Shown here one piece after another: positions 56,040 through 64,000 of a stretch of DNA of 64,000 nucleotides. Within the stretch, counting starts at the first letter, position 1. Each line of letters starts with the position of its first letter. The notes beneath the pieces are model-generated. The model was given only the letters and a program-made list of their open reading frames with translations. It was not told where the DNA came from and ran no database searches. Made by a program: the position numbers and the translations under genes. Source of the DNA: Gammaproteobacteria bacterium (lineage in GTDB: Bacteria; Pseudomonadota; Gammaproteobacteria; UBA4575); contig CBDEUS010000001.1 of the NCBI GenBank assembly GCA_965243395.1, positions 512,001-576,000 of the forward strand. Reading direction: 5' to 3'.

Positions 56040-57605
56040 ATGAAAAATATTCATGCTGATAAAGTATTAATTCTAGATTTTGGGTCTCAATATACTCAAC
56101 TCATTGCAAGGCGTGTTCGTGAACTTGGAACCTATAGTGAAATATATCCGTGGGATATCTCTCTAGATAAAATTACTGCGTTCAATGCCAAAGGCATTAT
56201 CCTCTCGGGTGGGCCAGAGTCTGTCACACTACAAGATACGCCAGAAATTTCTAATGAAGTTTTAAATTTAGGTATTCCAATTCTTGGAGTCTGCTATGGC
56301 ATGCAAACACTTGTCAAAAGAATGGGAGGTGAAGTTGAAGTATCCAATCATCGTGAATTTGGCTATGCACATGTGAATGTTGAAAGTGGTAGTGAGTTAT
56401 TAACGGGGCTAACAGATGATGCATCAAAAAATGTATTAGATGTTTGGATGTCACATGGAGACCGGGTAGCGCAATTGCCTGAAGACTTTAAGGTGATTGC
56501 CAGAACTGAAAATGCTCCCATTGCCGCTATCGAGAATCATCAAAAGAAAATATATGGATTGCAGTTTCATCCAGAAGTTACGCACACCAAACAGGGAAAG
56601 CAGATACTACAGCGCTTTGTTCACGAAATATGTGGTTGCGGCTCTGACTGGACCGCAGCAAATATTGTTCAAGAATCCATTGAAAATATAAAGAACCAGA
56701 TTGGAGATGAGCAAGTTGTTTTAGGACTATCTGGAGGAGTGGATTCATCTGTCGTAGCAGCGTTGTTGCATAGGGCGATAGGTGATCAGTTGACGTGTAT
56801 TTTTGTTGATACTGGTTTATTGCGTTTAAATGAAGGCGATCAGGTTATGGAAACATTTACGCAGCACATGGGTGTAAATGTCATACGTGTTGATGCCGAA
56901 GAGAGATATTTAGAAGAGTTGAAAGGAGTGATTGACCCAGAAGAAAAACGAAAAATAATTGGCAATTTATTCATTAAAATCTTTGAAGAAGAGTCTGCTA
57001 AATTAAGCAATGCAAAATGGTTAGCGCAAGGAACAATATATCCAGATGTAATTGAGTCTGCGGGGGCCTCTACTGGTAAGGCACACTTGATTAAGTCACA
57101 CCATAATGTGGGAGGATTACCCAAAGAAATGAAATTAAAACTTGTTGAACCCTTGCGTGAACTTTTTAAAGATGAAGTACGTAAGATTGGTGATGAGTTA
57201 GGCCTCCCTCATGAAATAATATTCCGGCATCCATTTCCTGGCCCAGGACTAGGTGTCCGCATTTTAGGTGAAGTTAAAAAACAATATGCAGATTTACTAC
57301 GATTAGCAGATGACATTTTTATTTCTGAACTTCGAAAACAGAAATTATATGACGAAGTTTCACAAGCTTTTGCTGTATTTTTGCCAGTAAAATCTGTCGG
57401 CGTGATGGGCGACGGTAGAAAATACGATTATGTTATTGCTTTGCGTGCTGTAGAAACGATTGACTTCATGACTGCACGTTGGGCGCATTTACCTTATGAA
57501 TTCCTGGATCATGTGTCGCGTAGAATCATTAATGAAATAAGTGGTATCTCACGTGTTACCTATGATATTTCAGGAAAACCACCTGCTACGATCGAGTGGG
57601 AATAA
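56040..57605 (+). CDS. guaA: GMP synthase (glutamine-hydrolyzing)
   Basis: LDFGSQY, GVCYGMQ, QFHPEV, SGGVDS and KPPATIEWE motifs. Confidence 0.99.
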   Translation: MKNIHADKVLILDFGSQYTQLIARRVRELGTYSEIYPWDISLDKITAFNAKGIILSGGPESVTLQDTPEISNEVLNLGIPILGVCYGMQTLVKRMGGEVEVSNHREFGYAHVNVESGSELLTGLTDDASKNVLDVWMSHGDRVAQLPEDFKVIARTENAPIAAIENHQKKIYGLQFHPEVTHTKQGKQILQRFVHEICGCGSDWTAANIVQESIENIKNQIGDEQVVLGLSGGVDSSVVAALLHRAIGDQLTCIFVDTGLLRLNEGDQVMETFTQHMGVNVIRVDAEERYLEELKGVIDPEEKRKIIGNLFIKIFEEESAKLSNAKWLAQGTIYPDVIESAGASTGKAHLIKSHHNVGGLPKEMKLKLVEPLRELFKDEVRKIGDELGLPHEIIFRHPFPGPGLGVRILGEVKKQYADLLRLADDIFISELRKQKLYDEVSQAFAVFLPVKSVGVMGDGRKYDYVIALRAVETIDFMTARWAHLPYEFLDHVSRRIINEISGISRVTYDISGKPPATIEWE

Positions 57606-57618
57606 TTTTTTCTAAATT

Positions 57619-58083
57619 TTGATTGACGATAAACAATGGATGCATGAAGCACTTGCTTTGGCTGAGCATGCGCAAGATCAAAACGAAGTTCCAGTGGGAG
57701 CAGTGATTGTTCTCAATAATAAAGTTATTGGCAAAGGATGGAACCAACCTATTTCAAAGAATGACCCAAGCGCACATGCAGAGATCATCGCAATTCGTGA
57801 TGCAGCTAAAGAAATTAAAAATTATCGATTGTTAGACGCTACACTTTATGTAACGTTGGAGCCATGTTTGATGTGTGTAGGCGCAATTTTGCATGCACGA
57901 ATTAAAAAGCTGGTGTTCGGAGCATTTGATCCAAAAACTGGTGCAGTAAGCTCGGTATTTAATGTGCTCACAGATTCAAGACATAACCATAATGTAGAAG
58001 TCCAGGGCGGTATTCTAGAAACGCAATGCGCGGAATTGCTGCAAACATTTTTTAAACAACGGAGATTAAGGAGAAGTAAGTAA
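57619..58083 (+). CDS. tadA: tRNA adenosine(34) deaminase
   Basis: EVPVGAV, HAE, TLEPCLMC and DPKTGA motifs. Confidence 0.97.
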   Translation: MIDDKQWMHEALALAEHAQDQNEVPVGAVIVLNNKVIGKGWNQPISKNDPSAHAEIIAIRDAAKEIKNYRLLDATLYVTLEPCLMCVGAILHARIKKLVFGAFDPKTGAVSSVFNVLTDSRHNHNVEVQGGILETQCAELLQTFFKQRRLRRSK

Positions 58084-58109
58084 AAACAATCGTTAAATTT
58101 GTCTTACTT

Positions 58110-59405
58110 TTAGACCGCTAGCGGTATAAAGAAAATTCCTTTGCATTCCGGCTCCAATGAGTAATCAAGTAATTCAAACTTAGTGTTGCTGAGTAATGTA
58201 GCTAAAACTACTTTTATTTGTAACATTGCAAATGCTTTTCCAACACATAAACGCATTCCTCCCCCGAACGGGGTCCATTCGTATATTGAAGGTTTAAAGT
58301 TTCTAAATCTTTCGGGGTCAAATTCACTTGGCTTTTCATATATAGAGTTATTACGGTGCAGCAAATAAGGACAATTTGCTAAAATAGTGCCTGGTTCCAA
58401 TTGATAGGGGCCTAATTGATAATTAGATTTTACTAGACGCAGACCTGCGCTCCAAAGTAGTGGAGAAATACGCAGGCTCTCCATAATCACCATATCAAGA
58501 TATGGAAGCTTGGAAACATTTTTGTGGGTAACAAAACCATCGCTCAAAACGCTATCAAGCTCAGTTTTAATTTTTTTTAAAATTGTTTCATTGGAAAGAA
58601 TCCAGGATAAACTCCAAGTTAGCATTGAAGAAGTAGTAGCAACACCACCGATCATTAGCATGATTATCTCTTCGGTCATATCGTTGATGGGTAATTTTTC
58701 ATCATCTTCTTGAAAAGAGCGAATTAAAGATGAAAAAAGACTTGCTTTAGCATTGATATTCAGATGTTTTTTTTCATTTATTTTATTAATTTCAGCTTCA
58801 ATCTTTGTATCGATTTTATTTTTTAAATCAAACATTATTTGTGCACGTTCTTCATCAGATGTTTCACGCATCTCTATTTTCATAACGTTTTTGCATACTG
58901 ATTGAAGTTGACTTGAATCATCAATGCCAAATGCTTCGCTAATAATTGTTTTGTAAACCATATCACGCAAGAACTGATACAGTTCAAATGAACGATCTTT
59001 AGGAAATTCTTTTATTGTATCCAAAGTATTGTCGCGCATGAGTTCCGTGTGGAATTCTATATTTGTAAAAGGTTTGCCAACAATTTTTCTTCTATGGGTA
59101 TACTCATCTTCATCAAGTGCAAGAATGGATCTTGGTAATATACCGTATGCAAACTGTATTAAATTCGCTTCACCTGCATGCAGATCAGTTCCGTCAGAAG
59201 TAAATAACTTTTGCAAGAGTTTAGGGTCTCCAATCAATATCCATTTTCCATTAGCAGGCGTATTTGGTAATCCAAATGTTCCGATTTCTAAATTAAGCGT
59301 ATTGCCAAATTCTTCATGCCATTTGTCTAAATATGGGAAAGGGTTAGTGAGGAAAATATCAGCTAACTGTTTCTCGTCAAGATTTGGTCCGGCTGGGATA
59401 TTCAT
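58110..59405 (-). CDS. Cytochrome P450
   Basis: Heme-thiolate motif PFGGGMRLCVG, K-helix ESLR, FDPERF; atypical I-helix GGVATT. Confidence 0.93.
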   Translation of the reverse strand: MNIPAGPNLDEKQLADIFLTNPFPYLDKWHEEFGNTLNLEIGTFGLPNTPANGKWILIGDPKLLQKLFTSDGTDLHAGEANLIQFAYGILPRSILALDEDEYTHRRKIVGKPFTNIEFHTELMRDNTLDTIKEFPKDRSFELYQFLRDMVYKTIISEAFGIDDSSQLQSVCKNVMKIEMRETSDEERAQIMFDLKNKIDTKIEAEINKINEKKHLNINAKASLFSSLIRSFQEDDEKLPINDMTEEIIMLMIGGVATTSSMLTWSLSWILSNETILKKIKTELDSVLSDGFVTHKNVSKLPYLDMVIMESLRISPLLWSAGLRLVKSNYQLGPYQLEPGTILANCPYLLHRNNSIYEKPSEFDPERFRNFKPSIYEWTPFGGGMRLCVGKAFAMLQIKVVLATLLSNTKFELLDYSLEPECKGIFFIPLAV

Positions 59406-59471
59406 TCTTTAGCACTTGGTTAAAATAATATTTTTACAACTGTATTAAGCAATGTTTTAGAGTACATTTAT

Positions 59472-60887
59472 TTAATTTTGAGCGACTATGTTGTAGAGCT
59501 CACCTTTGCTTTCGAGCCAAACCAATAGATCAAAATAGTTTCGTATGTTTTGAACATAGATCACGGGTTCATGTCCACGAGCATAACCAAAGCGTGTTTT
59601 TTCATACCACTTTTTGTTACTTAATAGTGGTAGATACTTTCTTACATCCAACCATAGATCAGGATTGTCTCCAGCTGATTGAGTAAGAATCCTTGCATCT
59701 TCAAGATGGCCAAAGCCAACATTATAGGCCGCCAGAGCCATCCAGGTGCGATCAGGCTCCGTAATGCGTGCGGGTATTTTCTCTCGCATAGATAAAAAAT
59801 ATTCTGTCCCGCCAATTACACTATTTTGTGGATCTACACGATTTTCAATTTTAAGTTGTTTTGCAGTATCGCGTGTCAGCATCATTAAACCTTTTACACC
59901 AGTAGGTGAAACTGCTTTCGAATTCCACAATGATTCTTGATAACTCACCGCTGCAAGAAAACGCCAATCTTGATCATACTCAACTGCCGCTTCTTTAAAG
60001 AGTCTTTCATACTTTGGGAGTCGTTCCCGAACATGCTTAAGGAAGGTGTGACTATCTATAGGTGTAATGTCGTTTACATGGCCAAAATATTTATCTCTTA
60101 AGTGATTAAGAGTTCCATCGCCTTCTATTTGGTTGAAAAACTTATTTATAGCTTTTTGTAATGATGTGTCATCAGATTTCTTGAATGCCCATGCTAATGA
60201 CTGTTCTGGCCCAAAATTGAAACCAATTCTTAAATTTGGAAAGTATCTTCGAGTGACTGCAAACTCAGTTGAGTCTGTGATCGTGTAATCAATTAAGTTA
60301 TCCGCAGTAAGTAACATTAACTCTTCGGTTGATAGGTCTGGGTATTCTTTCCAATCTAACCTTGGGAAAAACTCTTTGTGGTCAAGTAGCATTTGGGCGT
60401 GGGTGCTACCTTCGACTACTGCTATTGATTTATCCTGTAAATCATTAATTGACTTGGGTTTTTTCTTATCTACTCTGTAGGCTATTTGAGATACTACTTT
60501 AATGTATTCAGGACCAAAATCTACATAAGCCTCACGTTGTTTAGTATGAGTAATCCCAGCGGCACCAATGTGGGCTTCTCCATCCACAATGCTCGGTAAA
60601 ATCTGATGGAATTCATTTTGAATCACAATTTCCAGCTCAACCCCAAGATAATCAGCAAACTGTTTTGCTAGCTCATACTCAATTCCAGTAGGGCCATTGG
60701 GTCCTATGAAATAAGTAGTAGGGCCATTGCGTGTAACTACAATTAATTTATTGGCGCGTTTTATTTCATGAAGGATAGACGTGGTATATTGTTTATTAAC
60801 AACAACAAGCGCACCTAATATAAATACAGCAAAAATAAAAACACTAATTTTTTGCAATCTAGATTTCATTATTAAATTCAATGACAT
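59472..60887 (-). CDS. mltF: Membrane-bound lytic murein transglycosylase F
   Basis: N-terminal SBP3-like domain plus SLT domain (YQESLW...AVSPTGVKGLMMLT, AAYNVG, GYARG.EPV.YV). Confidence 0.95.
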   Translation of the reverse strand: MSLNLIMKSRLQKISVFIFAVFILGALVVVNKQYTTSILHEIKRANKLIVVTRNGPTTYFIGPNGPTGIEYELAKQFADYLGVELEIVIQNEFHQILPSIVDGEAHIGAAGITHTKQREAYVDFGPEYIKVVSQIAYRVDKKKPKSINDLQDKSIAVVEGSTHAQMLLDHKEFFPRLDWKEYPDLSTEELMLLTADNLIDYTITDSTEFAVTRRYFPNLRIGFNFGPEQSLAWAFKKSDDTSLQKAINKFFNQIEGDGTLNHLRDKYFGHVNDITPIDSHTFLKHVRERLPKYERLFKEAAVEYDQDWRFLAAVSYQESLWNSKAVSPTGVKGLMMLTRDTAKQLKIENRVDPQNSVIGGTEYFLSMREKIPARITEPDRTWMALAAYNVGFGHLEDARILTQSAGDNPDLWLDVRKYLPLLSNKKWYEKTRFGYARGHEPVIYVQNIRNYFDLLVWLESKGELYNIVAQN

Positions 60888-61290
60888 TCTTAATTATTAT
60901 ATTAGATGATTAATTCCAACTTGAGTTCGGTAGATCATGTGTGAATACAGAGAGCGCTGTAACATGCTTTACAAGTGTGCATCAATTTGCAGGAAAACTG
61001 TAATGAAATTTTCTATTTCTAAATAAAAAATTTATACAAACTAGTACAAGTGGCTGCAGTGTATTTAGAGTAATTAGTTAAGCAGTAACGCTAAATAACT
61101 ATTCTTTAGTGATTAAATGTAGGAATTGTTCAGAAAATTAAAGTTTTTCACTTAATTTTTGTTTTCGGCGGTTTGTAATTTTAATTAAAACCTTAGTCTG
61201 TATACCGTAGTCTTTAAAAAAGGCAGCACGGAGATTTTAGCGATTGATAACTAACTAGTAGTGAAAGAGTTTATAGATCATTACAAGCCA

Positions 61291-61315
61291 AAATATTTGA
61301 TAATTTCAAATATTT
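61291..61315. promoter_or_regulatory. Perfect inverted repeat (candidate operator) in the divergent mltF/TPP-enzyme intergenic region
   Basis: AAATATTTGA-TAATT-TCAAATATTT (10-bp arms, 5-bp spacer). Confidence 0.35.
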
Positions 61316-61599
61316 ATCTTGAGTATTACTTTAAAGTCCATCTCGCTAACTAAGTGACTATGCATGCTATAAAAATTTACTAAATATCATTAAGTTACGA
61401 AATAACTTGAGAAATTGTAAATAAACCTATGTTAAATACATGTAAATTGTTGTAATTTCTTATATAACAATGAGAAATAAATGTGTATTTTTTTTGAATA
61501 GTTGTCTATCGAGACAATCTCAAGAACCTACCAACTACAAACTCAAGTAGTCTAATAAAAATAATAATCACAAAGCCTGCTTAGCATTAGAAGAGAGAG

Positions 61600-63519
61600 A
61601 TGGCTGTAAAGGGAGAAGATAATAATACTGCTTCATTAATCGATGTTGTTACTGAGGATGATGATGCTTTAGAGCAAGCATTGGGTGAAGTAATAGACTT
61701 ACCTACGGCTAATGATTCACAAGCTTTTGGTGTTTCTAAAAGCATTTCTAGTGAATCCTATGAAGTGGGTGATCTACTTGTATCTTACTTAGAGCAAATT
61801 GGTGTGGAATATGTTTTTGGTATTCCAGGTGGTGCTATTGAACCTTTATATAATGCACTTGCGCGTAGTGAGCGACGAGGTGGAGCAAAATCTGTTGTAG
61901 CACGCCATGAAACAGGCGCAGCTTTTATGGCTGATGGTTATTCACGTAATAGTGGAAATTTAGGCGTGTGCTGTGCAACCGCAGGACCTGGAGCAACAAA
62001 CTTAATAACAGGTGTTGCATCGGCTTATGATAATCATTCGCCAATGTTGGTGATTACTGCCCAAACTGCAATTGAAAATTTTGGTCGTAATGCCGCACAA
62101 GAGTCAGCAGATACAGGAATCAATACTGTTGCAATGTTTGAGCATTGTACGCACTACAGCACTTTAGTTTCGCATATAAATCAATTCGAACAGAAGCTCG
62201 CATCGGCGATTATGACTGCATTTCGTTCTCCAATGGGCCCAGCACATTTGAGTATTCCACTTGATGTTTTAAGGCATGTGAGTCCTGCAGAGTATCCTTC
62301 TTATGACCTTGCTAGTTTATTGTGGCAGCCTAGTCCAATTGATATGGACAGTTTTAATATTTTCTGTGGTGAGCTCGCATCATCTGAAAACTTAGTTTTC
62401 ATTATTGGTGAAGGGTGTTCGCAGGGAATTGGCTCGATATTAAGCACAGCACTAAAGTTCAATGCCAAAATAGTAACAACGCCACATGCAAAAGGCTTGG
62501 TAAGCCCATACCATCCTTTGTTCCGCGGGGTACTGGGTTTTGCAGGTCATGAAAGTGCAATTGAAGCAATCGATGGTAATGTAGATACTATTGTTGCTAT
62601 CGGAACAACATTGAGTGAAACCGCAAGTAATACTTGGGATCAAAAAGTATTAAATCAAAAATTAATACATATAGATTCGTCCGAAGATAATTTAATGCAC
62701 TCACCCATGGCACGCCTGCATGTCAGAGGCGATATTGCAAAAATCTTTGAAAGTGTAGAAGAAAAATTTAATATCTCTAAACCGACTAATTCTGATAGTC
62801 GTATTATGAGTCCTGAAACAAATTCAAAAAAAGCCTCGTCCAAAGAAAAAAACTTAAAACATCATTTTGTTATGAATGATGTGGAAAAGTGTCGCGATAA
62901 TTCCATTCCATTGAAACCTCAGAGATTGATGCAGCTTCTGCCAAAGATATTTCCACCCGAAACAAAATATCTTTGTGACTCAGGGAATAGTATGGCTTGG
63001 TCAATCCACTATCTCCATCCATACGATAGAAGACTTGCGGGGTCGAGAGACGAGAGTGGTGGTTTATTCTGGACATGTTTGGAATTTGGTTCTATGGGAT
63101 GGGCAATTGGTTCATCCATTGGTACTGCGCTTGCAAATAGAAAAAACCCTGTCGCGTGTCTTACTGGGGATGGCTCAATGCTAATGTATGGCGGGGAGAT
63201 TACTGTTGCACTACAAGAAAAACTACCTGTCGTTTTTATAATACTCAATGATTCGGAATATGGAATGGTCAAGCATGGTCAAAGATTAGGTCATGCTGAA
63301 AGGGTAGGGTATTCGCTACCAAGAATTAATTTTGTTGAATATGCCCAATCTATGGGGATGAATGCCTGTCATATTAGTTCTGTAGCAGACCTGGAGAATT
63401 TAGATGTAAAAGAATTAATTGCTAATGGCCCAGCAATTTTAGATGTAGCTATTGATAAGGAAGAAGTGCCTCCTATAAATAGTAGACTTAAAGCATTAGG
63501 CACTATCCACGAAGACTGA
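61600..63519 (+). CDS. Thiamine-pyrophosphate-dependent enzyme, acetolactate-synthase-like
   Basis: FGIPGG, ARHETGAAFMADGY, GPGATN and the GDGS...ILND TPP motif; no regulatory small subunit gene follows. Confidence 0.9.
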   Translation: MAVKGEDNNTASLIDVVTEDDDALEQALGEVIDLPTANDSQAFGVSKSISSESYEVGDLLVSYLEQIGVEYVFGIPGGAIEPLYNALARSERRGGAKSVVARHETGAAFMADGYSRNSGNLGVCCATAGPGATNLITGVASAYDNHSPMLVITAQTAIENFGRNAAQESADTGINTVAMFEHCTHYSTLVSHINQFEQKLASAIMTAFRSPMGPAHLSIPLDVLRHVSPAEYPSYDLASLLWQPSPIDMDSFNIFCGELASSENLVFIIGEGCSQGIGSILSTALKFNAKIVTTPHAKGLVSPYHPLFRGVLGFAGHESAIEAIDGNVDTIVAIGTTLSETASNTWDQKVLNQKLIHIDSSEDNLMHSPMARLHVRGDIAKIFESVEEKFNISKPTNSDSRIMSPETNSKKASSKEKNLKHHFVMNDVEKCRDNSIPLKPQRLMQLLPKIFPPETKYLCDSGNSMAWSIHYLHPYDRRLAGSRDESGGLFWTCLEFGSMGWAIGSSIGTALANRKNPVACLTGDGSMLMYGGEITVALQEKLPVVFIILNDSEYGMVKHGQRLGHAERVGYSLPRINFVEYAQSMGMNACHISSVADLENLDVKELIANGPAILDVAIDKEEVPPINSRLKALGTIHED

Positions 63520-63620
63520 GAAATTCTTAGTAATTATCCTTTGCCAATAATTCTATTGGCTATAATAATAAAGTATTTGCAACCCATACTTAGTGACGTA
63601 TCGGTAAATAAATTGTAACG

Positions 63621-64000
63621 ATGACTACTGCTGATAAAGATAAACAAGAAGTTATACATTCAAAAATCTGGAATGAGGATCCAGAGCCAGATAATCCTTT
63701 CGCAGCAAAAAAATGTTATTGCGCAGGATATGATGTATACGGAGACTTGTTAGGAAAAGCGAGTTGGGTGGAATATTTGTTTCTCTTGTTTAAACTTGAA
63801 AAACCAACAGAGGAGCAAGCAAAGTTGCTTGAAACTATTGCGATTGCAATCGCCAATCCAGGGATTCGTGATCATAGTGTTCGTGCAGCTATGAATGCGG
63901 GTGTTGGTGGTTCCACTGCAGCCTCTGCACTGATGGCTGCACTAGCTGTAGGTGCCGGACAGTATGGGGGTGCCAGGGAAGTTTTTTTGGTAATGGAGTT
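63621..64000 (+). CDS. Citrate-synthase/citryl-CoA-lyase-fold protein (partial, runs off the window end)
   Basis: Manual translation MTTADKDKQEVIHSKIW...CAGYDVYGDLLGKASWVEYLFLLF...P...A.LLE...ANPG.RD.SVRAAM.A...ALMAALAVGAGQYGGAREV, resembling the citrate synthase N-terminal scaffold. Confidence 0.7.
   Translation, partial: MTTADKDKQEVIHSKIWNEDPEPDNPFAAKKCYCAGYDVYGDLLGKASWVEYLFLLFKLEKPTEEQAKLLETIAIAIANPGIRDHSVRAAMNAGVGGSTAASALMAALAVGAGQYGGAREVFLVME

Overview
AT-rich gammaproteobacterial chromosomal segment, mostly core genes in conserved order: nadK(partial)/hrcA-grpE-dnaK-dnaJ-dapB, carAB-greA-rlmE-ftsH-glmM-tpiA-secG-tRNA-Leu, a complete 14-gene nuoA-N operon, tRNA-fMet, rimP-nusA-infB-rbfA-truB-rpsO-pnp, gluQ-dksA-xseA, guaBA-tadA and mltF. 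I saw no integrase, transposase, CRISPR array or rRNA. The accessory islets hold the interesting biology. (1) A five-gene membrane diiron monooxygenase module: an AlkB/XylM-fold oxygenase with a His-to-Gln change in an iron-ligand motif and anomalous codon usage, an unannotated 59-aa ferredoxin, a GST-like protein, a XylA-type reductase and a small membrane protein. (2) Two diverged copies of a ~120-bp palindromic element with invariant internal loops and covarying stems. (3) A half-size TauE translationally coupled to a DsrC/TusE-like protein that lacks its terminal Cys. (4) A candidate anti-Shine-Dalgarno sRNA. (5) DksA fused to a histone-H1-like repeat. (6) An orphan P450 lacking the I-helix acid. 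(7) A TPP enzyme plus a citrate-synthase-fold protein without the usual catalytic His, running off the window end. All calls come from motif recognition by eye; no searches were run.
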